A stretch of DNA of 64,000 nt from the human T2T-CHM13v2.0 reference genome, Homo sapiens. The position numbers and the translations under genes are program-made. The notes below the pieces were generated by a model. That model was not told the DNA's origin and did no database searches. It saw nothing but the letters and a program-made list of their open reading frames with translations. Numbering within the stretch: position 1 is the stretch's first letter; each line of letters begins with the position of its first letter. Below are positions 30,391 to 44,472 of this stretch, piece by piece. The stretch lies in assembly GCF_009914755.1 (NCBI RefSeq), contig NC_060925.1. The stretch is one strand, 5' to 3'.

Positions 30391-33300
30391 TCTAGATAAT
30401 TTTTTTTAATTTTTGTGGGTACATAGTAGGTGTATATATTTTGAGGGTACGTGAGATATTTTGATACTCACATGCAATGCACAATAATCACATCATGGAA
30501 AATGGGGTATTATTACCCTTAACCATTTATCCTTTGTATTACAAACAGTCCAATTATACTCTTCTAGTTACTTTAAAATAAACAATTAAATTATTATTGA
30601 CTATAGTTATCCGGTTGTGCTATCAAACATCGGGTCTTATACATTTATTCAAGCTATTTTTTTTGTACCCATTAACCATCCCCACTTCCCTCACACCTCA
30701 CCCCACTCCCATTTCCAACCTCTAGTAACCATCCTTCTATTCTCTACCTCCTTAAGTTCAATTGTTTCTATTTTTAGCTCACACAAATAAGTGAGAACAT
30801 GTGAGGTTTGTCTTTCTGTACCTGGCTTATTTCACTTAACATAGTGACCTCCAGTTCCATCCATTTTGTTCCAAATGACAGGATCTCATTTTTTAATGGC
30901 TAAATAGTACTCCGTTGTGTATAAGTACATTTTCTTTATCCATTCATCTGCTGATGGACACTTAGGTTGCCCTCAAATCTTGGCTGTTGTGAATAGTGCT
31001 GCAACAAACATGGAAGTGCAGGTATCTATCCAATATACTGATTTCCTTCCTTTTGGGTATATACCCAGCAGTGGGATTGCTGGATCAAATGGTAGCTCTA
31101 TTTTTAGTTTTATGAGGAACTTCCAAACTATTTTGAACTAATTTACATTTCCACCAACAATGTACAAAGATTCCGTTTTCTTCACATCCTTGCCAGCCTT
31201 TGTTATTGTCTCTATTTTGATTATAAGCCATTTTAACTGGGGTGAGGTGACATTTGTTGTAGTTTTATTTTTAATTTTTTAGATGATCAGTGATGTTGAG
31301 CACATTTTCATATGCCTGTTTGCCATTTGTTTGTCTTCTTTTAAGAAATGTCTATTCAAATCTTTTGCCCATTTTTTGATCAGATTATTGCATTTTTTTC
31401 CTGACAGAGTTGTTTGAGCTCTTTATATATTCTGGTTATTAATCTCTTGTCAGATGAGTAGTTTGCAAATATTTTCTCCCATTTTGTGGCTTGTCTTTTC
31501 ACTTTGTTGATTGTTTCCCATGCTGTGTGGAAGCTTTTTAGCTTGATGTGACCCCATTTGTTCATTTCTACTTTGGTTGCTTGAGCTTGTAGGGTATTCC
31601 TCAAGAAATTTTTGCCCAGATCCATATCTCGGAGGGTTTCTCCATGTTTTCTTGTAGGAATTTCATAGTTTGAGGTCTTAGATTTAAGTCGTTCGTTCAT
31701 TTTTTATTTGGTGTTTGTATATGGTGAGAGATAGGGGTTTCGTTTTGTTTTTCTGCACATAAATATCCTGTTTTCCCAGCACCATTTATTGAAGAGACTG
31801 TCTTTTCCCTTGTGTATGTTCTTGACACCTTTGTTGAAAATGAGTTTATGTGCATGTGCATTTATTTCTTGGTTCTCTGTTTTGCTCCATTGGCCCATGT
31901 GTCTATTTTTATGCCAGTAACATGCTGTTTTGGTTACTATAGCTCTGTATTTGAAGTCAGGTAATGTGATCCCTACACGTTTTTTGTTTGTTTGTTTTTG
32001 TTTTGCTTAAGATGACTTTGGCTATTCTGGGTCTTTTGTGATTACATTTAAATTTTAGGATTTTTTTTTTCTATTTCTGTGAAGAATGTCATTGGTATTT
32101 TGATCAAGATTGCATTGAATCCATACATTGCTTTGGGTAGTATGGACATTTTAATAATATTAATTCTTCTAATCCATGAATGTGAAATATCTTTCCAGTT
32201 TTTGGTACCCTCTTAAATTTCTTTCATCAGTGTTTTATAGTTTTCATTACAGAGATCTTTCACTTATCTGGTTAAGTTAATTCCTATGTATTTAATCTTA
32301 TTTGTGGCTATGGTAAATGGGATTGCTTTTATATTTCTTTTTCAGATTCTTCACTGTTGGCATATAGAAATGCTACTAATTTTTGTATGTTGATTTTGTA
32401 CACTTCAATGTTAGTAAACTGGTTTATAAGTTCTAATAGTTTTCTTGTGGAGTCTTTAGCCTTTTCCAAATATAAAGTCATATCATCTGCAAACAAGGAT
32501 AATTTGACTTCTTGCTTTACAACTGGGATGCCCCTTATTTCATTCTCTTGTCTGATTACTCTAGCTAGGACTTCCAGTGTTACATTGAATAACAGTTGTG
32601 TAAGTGGGCATCCTTGTTGTATTCCAGGTCTCAGAGAAAAGGCCTTTAGTTTTTCCTTATTTGGTGTGATACTAGCTGTGTGTCTATATGGCTTTTATTA
32701 TATTGAGTTATGTTCCTTCTATACCCTATTTTTTGAGGGTTTTTTTTATCATGAAGACATGTTGAATTTTCTCAAGTGTTTTTTCAGCATCAGTTGAAAC
32801 AATGATGTGGTTTCTGTCCTTCATTCTGTTGATATGATGCATCACATTGATTGATTTGCATATGATGAACCATCCTTGCATCCCACGAATAAATCCCACT
32901 TGGTCATGATGAAGGATCTTTCTAATGTATTGTTAAATTCAGGTTGTTAGTATTTTGTTGAGGATTTTTGTATTAATATTCAAGTATTAGTTCTTTAAAT
33001 GTTGGTAGAATTCAGCAGTGAAGCCAACAGATCCTGGGCTTTTCTTTACTGGGAGGCTTTTAATTATGGCTTTGATCTCATTACTTGTTGTTGGTTTGTT
33101 CAGTTTTTGGATTTCTTCATGGTTCAATCTTGACAGGTTGTATGTGTCTAGGTATTTGTCCATTTCTTCTATGTTTTGCAATTTGTTAGCATATAGTCAC
33201 TCATTGCAGCCACTAATGATTCTTTGAATTTCTACAGTATTGATTGCAATGACTCCTTTTTCATCTCTGGATTTATTTATTAGAGTCTTCTCACTTTTTT

Positions 33301-35602
33301 TTTCTTGGTAAGTCTGACTAAAGGTCTGTCAATTTTATTCAACTTTTCAAAAATCCTACTTTTGTTTCATTGATCTTTTGCATTGTTTACATCATTTCAA
33401 TTTCATTTATTTCTGCTCTGATGTTTGTTATTTCTTCTCTTCTACTAATTTTGGATTTGGTTTGCTCCTGCTTTTTTAGTTCTTTAATAAGCATCATTAG
33501 GTTGCTTTTGGAAGTTTTCTTTTTTCTTGATGTAGGCATTTATAGCTGTAAAATTCTCTGTCAATACTGCTTTTGCTATATCCTGTAAGTTTTGGTATGT
33601 TGTGTTTCCATTATCATCTGTTTCAAGAAATTTTTCAATTTTCTTTTTAATTTTTTTCATTGACCCACTGGTCAATTAGGAGCATATTGTTTACTTTCCA
33701 TGTATTTGTATAGTTTCCAAAATTCCTCTCATTATTGATTTCTAGTTTTATTCCATTTCAGTCAGGGAATATGCTTGATATTATTTAATTTTTAAAAAAT
33801 GTTTTAAGGCTTGTTTTGTGAACTAACATATGGTCTATCCTTGAGAATAATCTATGTGCTAAGGAAAAGAATTTATATTCTGTAGCTGTTGGATGAAATA
33901 TTCTGTAAATATATATTAGATCCTTTTGGTCTATAGTGCAGATTAAGCTTAATATTTCTTTATTGATTTTCTGTCTGGAAGATCTGTCCAATTCTGAAAA
34001 TGGGGTGTTAAAGTCTCGAGCTATTATTGTTTTGGGGCCTCTCTCTTTTTAGCTCTAATAATATTTGTTTTATATATCTAAGTGCTGCAGTGTTGGTGCA
34101 CATATATTTAAAATTGTTATAACTTCTTGCTGAATTGATCCCTTTATCATTATATAGTGTAATTCTTTGACTCTTCTTACAATTTTTTTCTTGAAATTTA
34201 TTTTTCTAATATAAGTACAGCTACTCCTGCTCTGTTTGATTTCTATTGGCATAAAATATATTTTCCCATCCCTTTATTTTCAGTATATGTGTGTCTTTAA
34301 AGGTGAAGTATGTTTCTTGTAGGCAACAGATCATTGAGGTTTTTTTTGTTTGTTTGTTTGTTTTTGTTTTTAACCCATTCAACTACTTTATGTCTTTTGA
34401 TTGGAGAGTCTAGCCCATTTATATTTAATGTTATTTTTGATAAGTAAGGACTTACTCCTACCATTTTGTTATTTGTTTCCTGGTTGTCTTGTGGTCTTTT
34501 CTTCCTTCTGTCTTTCCTGCTGTCTTCCTTTTAGTACAAGTGATTTTCTCTGGTGATATGATTTAGTTTCTTGCTTTTTATCTTTTGTGTATCTGTTGTA
34601 TGTTTTTTGGTTTGAGGTTACTGTGAGGCTGGCAAATGCTATCTTATAGCCCATTATTTAAAGCTAATAACAACTTAACACTGTTTGCATAAACAAATAA
34701 ACAAGCAAGTGAATAGAAAACTAATAAAAACTCTACACTTTAACTTCATTGCCCTGATTTTTTACTTTTTGTTGTTTCTACTTATATCTTATTGTACTGT
34801 CTATGTCTTAAAAAGCTGTTGTAGTTACTATCTTTGAATGGTTCATTATTTAGTTTTTCTACTTAGATAAGAGTCATTTACACACCACAGTTACAGTGTT
34901 ATAACATTCTATTTTTTCTGTGTACTTATTACCAATGAGTTCTGTACCTCCAAGTAATTTCTTATTGCTCATTAACATCCTTTTCATCCTGACTGAAGTA
35001 CTCTCTTTAGCATTTCTTATAGGACATGTCTGGTGTTGATGAAATCCCTCAGTTTTTGTTTGTCTGGAGAAGTCTTTATTTCTCCTTCATGTTTGAAGGA
35101 TATTTTACCCTATTCTAGGGTAAAAGTTTTTTCCTTCAGCCGTTTAAATATGTCATGCCGTTCTCTCCTGGTTTGTAAGGTTCCCACTGAAAAGTCTGCT
35201 GCTCCATTGTATGTTATTTGTTTCTTTTCTCTTGCTGCTTTTAGGATGCTTTCTTTATCCTTTACTTTGGGGAGTTTGATTACTTAATACTTTGAGATGG
35301 CCTTCTTTGGGTTAATCTCCTTGGTGTTCATAACCTTCTTGTACTTGGATATTGATATCTTTCTCTAGGTTCTAGGAAGTTCTCTTTTATTATCTGTTTG
35401 AATAAACTTTCTATTCCTGTCTCATTCTCTATCTCCTCTTTAAGACCAGTAACCCTTAGATTTGCCCTTTTAAGGCTATTTTCTAGATCCTGTTATTTTT
35501 TAATTATTTTTTCTTTTGTATCTTCTGTATATTTTCAAATAGCCTGCCTTCAAGCTCACTGATTCTTTCTTCTGCTAATCTGCTCTTAAAAACTCTGATG
35601 TA

Positions 35603-35882
35603 GGCCGGGCGCGGTGGCTCACGCCTGTAATCCCAGCACTTTGGGAGGCCGAGGCGGGCGGATCACGAGGTCAGGAGATCGAGACCATCCTGGCTAACAC
35701 GGTGAAACCCCGTCTCTACTAAAAATACAAAAAATTAGCCGGGCGAGGTGGCGGGCGCCTGTAGTCCCAGCTACTCGGGAGGCTGAGGCAGGAGAATGGC
35801 GTGAACCCCAGGGGGCGGAGCCTGCAGTGAGCCGAGATTGCGCCACTGCACTCCAGCCTGGGCGACAGCGAGACTCCGTCTC

Positions 35883-35905
<23 letters not shown>
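35603..35905 (+). mobile_element. Young AluY (Ye-like)
   Basis: Nearly all CpGs intact. Variants GGGCGAGGTGGCG, GAACCCCAGGGGGCGGAGCCTG and GACAGCGAG. 28-nt pure A run. Perfect 15-bp TSD AAAAACTCTGATGTA (35588-35602, 35906-35920). Confidence 0.95.
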
Positions 35906-35914
<9 letters not shown>

Positions 35915-38047
35915 GATGTATTCTTCAGTATGCCAGTTGCGTTTCTCACCTCCAAAATTTCTGTTTGGTCTTTTAAAGTATTTCAATCTCTTTCCTAGAT
36001 GTATCTGATAGAATTCTGAATTCCTTTTCTGTGTTATTTAGAATTTCTTTGAGTTTCCTCAAAACAGCAATTTTGAATGCTCTGTTTGAAAGTTCACATA
36101 TCTCTGTTTCTCCAGATTGGTCCCTGGTGCCTTATTTAGTTCATTTGGTGAGATCGTGTTTTCCTAGATGGTCTTGATACTTGTAAATGTTCATTTGTGT
36201 CTGTAGTGAAGAGTTAGGTATTTTATTCTTCTCAGTCTGGGTTTGTTTGTACCAATCCTTCTTGGGAAGGCTTTCTACATATTCAAAAAGACTTGGGTGT
36301 TGTGTTCTATTTTGTATCTGCTTTAGGGGGCACCCCAAGCTGAGTAAAGCCATGGCTCTTGCAGGCTTGTAGAGATACTGTCTTAATGGCTTAGGACAAG
36401 ATCCAGAAGAATTCTCTGGATTACCAGGCAGAGACTCTTGTTCTCTTCTTTTAGATTCTCCTGAACAAATGGAGTCTCTCTCTCTTCTGAACAATCTGAA
36501 GCTGGAGGGGGAGTGACACAAGCACCCCTGTGGTCACCACCACTGGGACTGTGCTGGGTCAGACCTGAAGCCAGCATAGCACTGAGTTTTGCCCAAGGCC
36601 TGCTGTAAACATTGCCTGGCTATCACCAATGTTTGCTCAATGCCCTGGGGCTCTACAATCAGCAGGTAGCAAATCCAGCAAGACCTGTGTCCTTTCCTTC
36701 AAGGTGGCAAGTTCCCCTAGGCCCCAGGCAGGTCCAGAGGTGCTGTCCGGGATCCAGGGACTAGATTCAAAAACGTTAGAAGTCCACCTGGTGTTCTGTT
36801 GCACTGCAGTTGAACTGGCACTCAAACCACAAGACGTAGTACTTTCCACTCTTCCATCCCCTTTCCAAAGGCAGAGGATCCCCACTCTGTGGCCATCACC
36901 ACCACCAGCCTTTGAAGAGTACTGCTGGACTACTACCAATGTACCCTTAAGGCCTAAGGTCTCTTCAGTCAGCTTGTGGTGAATGCTGCCTGGGCCTGGG
37001 ACTCACCCTTCAGGCAGTGGACTCCCCTCTGCCCCAGGGCAGGTCCAGGAATGCCATCCAAGAGCCAAGTCCTGGAATCACCTATATCCCCGTGTGGCTG
37101 AGCTGGTACATAGAACGTAAAACAAAGTGCCCATTATTTTTCCCTCTGCTTTTCTCAAGTGGAAGGAGCCTTGCCCTGTAACTACCACAGCTGGGGATGT
37201 GCTGAAGCCAGCAAGGGTCAGAATGTTATCCAAGGCCTTTGCCATAGTACTTGGGTATCACTGGGTATTCAGGGCCCAAGGACTCTCCAGTTGGTAGGTG
37301 ATGAATATTGCCAGGACTGGGTTCTTCCCTTCAGTCAGCAGGTTCTCTTCTGGCCCAGGGTGTATCTAGAAATGTCTTCTAGAAGCTACAGCCTAGAAAA
37401 AGGGCTTCACAACTCTTACTGTACCTATGTTGCTGTAGCTGAGCATGTATCCAAGATGCAAGACAAAGTCCTCCTTGCTCTTCCCTCTCCTCTCCTTACA
37501 TGGAGGGAAGGGGTCTCTTTTGGAGTCATGAGCTGTGCAACCTGGGGTTGGGGGAAGAATGATGCAAGCACTTCCTTAGCCTTCCTGGCTGATGTCTCAG
37601 TAGGTCCTATGGCCCCCAGTCCACTAACTCTGGGCCCAGTTTAGCATTAGTACTCTCCTAGGAATTGCAGTCCTTATGGCCTAGACTGCCTTTCAAGTTT
37701 TTATAGGGCCCCACATCACTTTAACCCATGGTGGTGAAGCTTGCAGAACTTAAGTTCTGATTGCTGAGATTGCTGATTCCCCTCTGGCTAGGGCTTGTTT
37801 AAATGCTCCTTCTGTGGGCAGGCATCAGCTAGGTTTGGTTTTGTTTTGTTTTCTGCTATAACAGGACAGCACTGAGTTCAGTGCCTCACAATTGCTGCAA
37901 CAGAAACACTCTTGGCAACATGCCACCTCTGCTGGGTGATGAGGGAGGGGTGGTATCAGTGATTTAAGACTGTTTTTCCTACCTATTTAGTGCCTCCTTC
38001 AACAATATGTAGTTAAAACCAGATACTTTGAGTTCTCACCTGATTTT

Positions 38048-41000
38048 TAAATTATTATTATTATGCTTTATATTCTGGGATACATATGCAGAATATGCAG
38101 GTTTGTAACATATGTATACATGTGCCAGGGTTGTTTGCTGCACCCATCAACCCATCACCTACATTAGGTATTTCTTCTAATGCTATTCCTCCCCTTGCCC
38201 CCCACCCGTTGACAGGCCCCAGTGTGTGTTGTTTCCTTCCCTGTGCCCATATGTTCTCATTGTTCAATTCTCACTTATGAGTGAGAACATGAGGTGTTTG
38301 GTTTTCTGTTCTTGTGTTAGTTTGCTGAGAATGATGGTTTCCAGCTTCATCCATGTCCCTGCAAAGGACATGAACTCATCCTTTTTTATGGCTGCATACT
38401 ATTCCATGGTGTATATATGCCACATTTTCTTAATACTGTCTGTCATTGATGGGCATTTGGGTTGGTTCCAAGTCATTGCTGTTGTGAATAGTGCTGCAGT
38501 AAACATATGTGTATATGTGTCTTTATAGTACAGTGATTTATAATCCTTTGGGTATATGCTCAGTAATGGGATTGCTGGGTCAAATGGTATTTCTGGTTCT
38601 AGATCCTTAAGGAATCACCACACTGTCTTCCACAATGGTTGAACTAATTGACACTACCACCAACAGTGTAAAAGCATTCCTATTTCTCCACATCCTCTCC
38701 AGCATCTGTTGTTTCCGGACTTTTTAATGATCAGCATTCTAACTGGCATGAGAAGGTATCTCATTGTGGTTTTGATTTGCATTTCTCTAATGAACAGTGA
38801 TGATGAGCTTTTTTTCATATGTTTATTGGCCGCATAAATGTCTTCTTTTGAAAAGTGTCTGTTCACACCCTTCACCCACTTTTTGATGGGGTTGTTTTTT
38901 TTTCTTGTAAATTTATTTAAATTCCTTGTAGATTCTAGATATTAGGCCTTTGTCAGATGGATAGATTGCAAAAATTTTCTCCCATTCTGTAGGTTGCCTG
39001 TTCACTCAGATGATAGTTTCTATTGCTGTACAGAAGCTCTTTAATTAGATCTCATTTGTCAATTTTGACTTTTGCTGCAATTGCTTTTGGTGTTTTAGTC
39101 ATGAAGTCTTTGCCCATGCTATGTCCTGAATGGTATTGCCTAGGTTTTCATCTAGGGTTTTTATCGTTTTATGTCTTACATTTAAATCTTTAATCCATCT
39201 TGAGTTAATTTTTGTATAAGGTGTAAGAAACGGGTCTAGTTTCAGTTTTCTGCATATGGCTAGCCAGTTTTCTCAACACCATTTATTAAATAGGGAATCC
39301 TTTCCCCATTACTTGTTTTTGTCAGATTTGTCAAAGATCAGATGGTTGTAGATGTGTGGCATTATTTCTGAGGTCTCTGTTCTGCTCCATTAGTCTATAT
39401 ATCTGTTTTGGTGCCAGTACCATGCTGTTTTGGTTACTGTAGTCTTGTAGTATAGTTTGAAGTCAGGTAGCATGATGCCTCCAAGTTTGCTCTTTTTGCT
39501 TAGCATTGCCTTGGCTATACTGGCTCTTTTTTGGTTCCATATAAAATTTAAAGTAGTTTTTCCAATTCTGTGAAGAAAGTCAATGGTAGCTTGATAGGAA
39601 TGGCATTGAATTTCTAAATTACTTTGGGCAGTATGGCAATTTTCAGGATATTGATTCTTTCTATCCATGAGCATGGAATTTTTTTACTTGTTTGTGTCCT
39701 TTCTTATTTCCTTGAGCAGTTGTTTGTAGGTCTCTTTGAAGAGGTCCTTCACATCCCTTGTAAGTTGTATTCCTAGGTATTTTATCCTCTTTGTAGCAAT
39801 TGTGAATGGGAATTCACTCATGAGTTGGCTCTCTCTTTCTATTATTGGTGTATAGAAATGCTTGTGTTTTTGCACATTGATTTTGTATCCTGAGACTTTG
39901 CTGAAGTTGCTTATTAGCTTAAGGAGTTTTTGGGCTGAGACGATGGGTTTTTCTAAATAAACAATTATGTCTTATCAGAGCCTAGGATTGCAAATGGAGA
40001 TAATTTGACTTCCTCTCTTTCTATTTGAATATGCTTTATTTCTTTCTCTTGCCTGATTACCTTGGCCAGAACTTCCAATACTGTTTTGAATAGGAGTGGT
40101 GAGAGAGGGCATCCTTGTCCTGTGCTGGTTTTTAAACAGAATGCTTCCAGTTTTTGCCCATTAAGTATGATATTAGCTGTGGGTTTTTCATAAATAGCTC
40201 ATATTATTTTGAGATACATCCCATCAATACCTAGTTTATTGAGTATTTTTAACATGAAGCGGTGTTGAATTTTATCACAGGCCTTTTCTGCATCTATTGA
40301 GATAATCATGTGGTTTTTGTCATTGGTTCTGTTTATGTGATGGATTACACTTATTGATTTGTGTATGTTGAACCAGCCTTGCATCCCAGGGATGAAGCAG
40401 ACTTGATCATGGTGGATAAGCTTTTCAATGTGTTGCTGGATTCGGTTCGCCAGTATTTTATTGGGGATTTTTGCATCAATATTCATCAGGGATATCGGCC
40501 TGAAATTTTCTTTTTTTGTTGTGTTTCTGCTAGGTTTTGGTATCAGGATATGCTGACCTCCTAAAATGAGTTAGGGAAGAGCCCCTCTTTTTCTATTGTT
40601 TTGAATAGTTTTAGGAGGAATGATACCAGCTCCTCTTTGTACCTCTCGTAGAATTTGTCTGTGAATCCGTCTGGTCCTGGGCTTTTTTTGGTTGGTAGGC
40701 TATTAACTACTGCCTCAATTTCAGAACTTGGTATTGATCTATTCGGGGATTCGACTTCTTCCTGGTTTAGTCTTGGGAGGGTGTATGTGTCCAGGAATTT
40801 ATCCATTTCTTCTAGATTTTCTAGTTCAGTTGCATAGAGGTGTTTATAGTATTCTCTGATGGTAGTTTGTATTCTGTGGGATCAATGGTGATATCCTCTT
40901 TATCATTTTATATTGTGTCTATTTGATTCTTCTCTCTTTTCTTCTTTATTAGACTGGCTAGTGTTCTATCTATTTTCTTAATCTTTTCAAAAAACCACTT

Positions 41001-44000
41001 CCTGGATTCACTGATTTTTTTTGAAGGGTTTTTTGTGCCTCTGTCTCCTTCAGCTCTGCTCTGATCTTAGTTATTTCTTGCCTTCTGCTAGCTTTTATTT
41101 GTGATTTTAGGGTGTCAATTTTAGATCTTTCCCACTTCCTCCAGTGGGCATTTATTGCTATAAATGTCCTTGTAAACACCACTTTAGCTGTGTCCCACAG
41201 ATATTGGTACATTGTGTGTTTGTTCTGATTGGTTTCAAAGAACTTATTTATTTCTGCCTCAAGTTCCTTATTTACCCAGTAGTCATTCAGGAGCCGGTTG
41301 TTCAGTTTCCATGTAGTTGTGCGGTTTTGAGTGAGTTTCTTAATCCTAATGTCTAATTTCATTGCACTGTGGTCTGACAGACTTTTTGTTATGATTTCCA
41401 TTCTTTTGCATTTGCTGTGGAGTGTTTTCCTTCCAATTATGTGGTCGATTTTAGAATAAGTGCTATGTAGTCCTGAGAACAATGTATATTCTGTTGATTT
41501 GGGTTGGAGAGTTCTGTAGATGTCTATTAGGTGTGCTTGGTCCAGAACTGAGTTCAAGTCCTGAATATCTTTGTTAATTTTCTGTCTTGTTGATCTAATA
41601 TTGACAGTGTGATGTTAAAATCTCCCAGTATTATTGTGTGGGAGTCTAAGTCTCCATTTTGGTCTCAAAGAACTTGCTTTATGAATCTGGGTGCTCCTGT
41701 ATTGGGTGCATATATATTTAGGATAGTCAGCTCTTCTTGTTGCATTGGTCACTTTACCATTATGTAATGCCCTTCTTTGTCTTTTTTTATCTTCGTTGGT
41801 TTAAAGTCTGTCTTATCAGAGCCTAGGATTGCAGCCCCTGCTTTTTTTTGCTTTCCATTTTCTTGGTAAATCTTCCTCTATCCCTTTATTTTGAGCCTAT
41901 ATGTGTCTTTGCACGTGAGATGAGTCTCCTAAATACAGCACACTGACAGGTCTTGACTCTTTATCCAATTTGCCACCTGTGTCTTTTAATTGGGGCATTT
42001 AGTCCATTTGCATTTAAGGTTAATATTGTTATGTGTGAATTTGATCCTGTCATTATGATGCTAGCTGGTTATTTTGCCCATTAGTTGATGTAGTTTCTTC
42101 ATAGTGTCAATGGTCTTTACATTTTGGTATGTTTTTGCAGTGGCTGGTACCGGTTTTTCTTTTCCATATTTAGTGCTTCCTTCAGGAGTTGTTGTAAGGC
42201 AGGCCTGGTGGTGACAAAAATCCCTCAGCATTTTCTTGGCTGTAAAGGATTTTATTTTTCCTTTATTTATGGAGCTTAGTTTGGCTGGATATAAAATTCT
42301 GGGTTGAAAATTATTTACTTTAAGAATGTTGAAAATTGGCCCCCACTCTCTTCTGGCTTGTAGGGTTTATGCAGAGAGATCCACTCTTTGTCTGATGGGT
42401 TTCCCTGTATGGATAACCCGACCTTTCTCTCTGGCTGCCCTTAACATTTTTTCCTTCATTTCAACCTTGGAGAATCTGATGATTATGTGTCTTGGGGTTG
42501 CTCTTCTCGAGGAGTATCTTTGTGGTGTTCTCTGTATTTCCCGAATTTGAATGTTGGCCTGTCTTGCTAGGTTGGGCAAGTTCTCCTGGATAATATCCCA
42601 AGTATGTTTTCCAACTTGGTTCCATTTTCCCTGTCAGTTTCAGATACAGCAATCAAACGTAGATTTGGTCTTTTCACTACATTTCTTGGAGGCTTTGTTC
42701 ATTCCTTTTCATTCTTTTTTCTCTAATCTTGCCTTCACACTTTATTTCATTAAGTTGATCTTCAATCTCTTATATCCTTTCTTCCACTTGATCGATTCAG
42801 CTATTGATACTTGTGTATGCTTCACAAAGTTCTTGTGCTTTGTTTTTCAGCTCCATCAGTTCATTTATGTTCTTCTGTAAACTGCTCATTCTAGTTAGCA
42901 ATTCCTGTAACCTTTTATCAAGATTCTTAGCTTTCTTGCATTGGGTTAAAACATGCTCCTTAAGCTCAGAGGAGTTTGTTATTACTCACCTCCTGAAGGC
43001 TACTTCTGTCAATTCATTAAACTGATTCTCCATCCAGTTTTTTTTCCTTGCTGGCAAGGAGTTGTGATCCTTTGGAGGAGAAGAGGCATTCTGGTTTTTG
43101 AAATTTTCACCCTTTTTGTGCTGGTTTTTCCTCATCTTCATGGATTTATCTACCTTTGGTCTTTGCTGTTGGTGCCCTTCAGATGGAGTTTTTGCATGGT
43201 CGTCCTTTTTGTTGGTGTTGATGCTGTTGCTTTCTGTTTGTTAGTTTTCCTTCTAGCAGTCAGGCCCCACTTCTGCAGGTCTGCTGGTGTTTTCTGGAGG
43301 TCCACTCCATATCCTGTTTGCCTGGGTATCACCAGTGGAGGCTGCAGAACAGCAAAGATTGCTGCCTGCTCCTTCCTCAGGAAGCTTCGTCCCCGAAGGG
43401 CACCCCTCAGATGCCAGCCAGAGCTGTCCTGTATGAGGTGTCTGTTGACCCCTGATGGGAGGTGTCTCCCTGTCAGGAGGCACAGGGGTCAGGGACCCAC
43501 TTAAGGAAGCAGTCTGTTCCTTAGCAGAGCTCAAGCGCTGTGCCGGTACATCCACTGCTCTCTTCAGAGCAAGCAGGCAGGAACGTTTACGTGTACTGAA
43601 ACTGCGCCCACAGCCACCCCTTCCCCCAGGTGCTTTGTCCCAGGAAGATGGGAGTTTTATCTATAAGCCTCTGACTGGGGCTGCTGCCTTTCTTTCAGAG
43701 ATGCCCTGCCCAGAGAGGAGGAGTTTATAGAGGCAGTCTGGCTACAGTGGCTTTGGGGTGCTAGAGTGGGCTCCACCCAGTCTGAACTTCCTGGCAGCTT
43801 TGTTTACACTGTGAGGGGAAAACCACCTACTCAACCCTCAGCAATGGCAGATGCCCCTCCCCTCACCAAGCTCAAGTGTCCCAGGTCAACTTCAGACTGC
43901 TGTGCTGGCAGCAAGAATTTTAAGCCAGTGGATCTTAGCTTGCTGGGCTCCATGGGGGTGGGATCCACTGAGCTAGACCACTTGGCTCCCTGGCTTCAGC

Positions 44001-44472
44001 CCCCTTTCCAGGGGAGTCAACGGTTCTGTCTTGCTTGCGTTCCAGGCACCACTGGGATATGAAAAAAACTCCTGCAGCTAGCTTGGTGTCTGCCCAAATG
44101 GCAGCCCAGTTTTATGTTGGAAACCCAGGGCCCTGGTGGTGTAGGCACTTGAGGGAATCTCCTGGTCTGCAGTTGTGAAGACTGTGGGAAAAGCATAGTA
44201 TCTGGGCCGGATACCACCGTCCCTCACTGCAGGATCCCTCACAGCTTCCCTGGGCTTGGGGAGGGAGTTCCCCGATCTCTTCAACTTCCCTGGTGAGGCA
44301 ATACCCCACCCTACTTTGGCTCACCCTCTGTGGGCTGTACCCACTGTCTAACCAGTCCCAATGAGGTAAGCCAGGTAACTCATTGGAGATGCAGAAATCA
44401 CCTGCCTTCTGCATTGGTCTCGCTGGGAGCTGCAGACTGGAGCTGTTCCTATTCTGCCATCTTGCCTGGGAA
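38048..44472 (-). mobile_element. Full-length L1PA7/8-like element, ORF1/ORF2 disrupted
   Basis: Continuous 3'UTR-ORF2-ORF1-5'UTR. ORF2 fragments ([19 protein letters not shown]; 40970..41557) and an ORF1 fragment (42367..42579). YY1 motif GCCATCTTG near the 5' end at ~44456-44464. Confidence 0.93.
43844..44062 (+). CDS. L1 ORF0-like antisense ORF (72 aa), expression unproven
   Basis: GCAATGG Kozak context. MADAPPLTKLKCPRSTSDCCAGS..SMGVGSTE resembles L1HS ORF0 MAGAPPPASLPPCSLISDCCASN..SVGVGPSE. Confidence 0.4.
   Translation: MADAPPLTKLKCPRSTSDCCAGSKNFKPVDLSLLGSMGVGSTELDHLAPWLQPPFQGSQRFCLACVPGTTGI

Noticed and set aside
40199-42652. L1 ORF1/ORF2 as an active retroelement
   Set aside because: Fragmented by many stops, frameshifts and a deletion near 41100.
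42953-43504. 183-aa hydrophobic ORF
   Set aside because: Antisense reading of L1 ORF1/5'UTR with a non-ATG start. T-rich bias explains the hydrophobicity.
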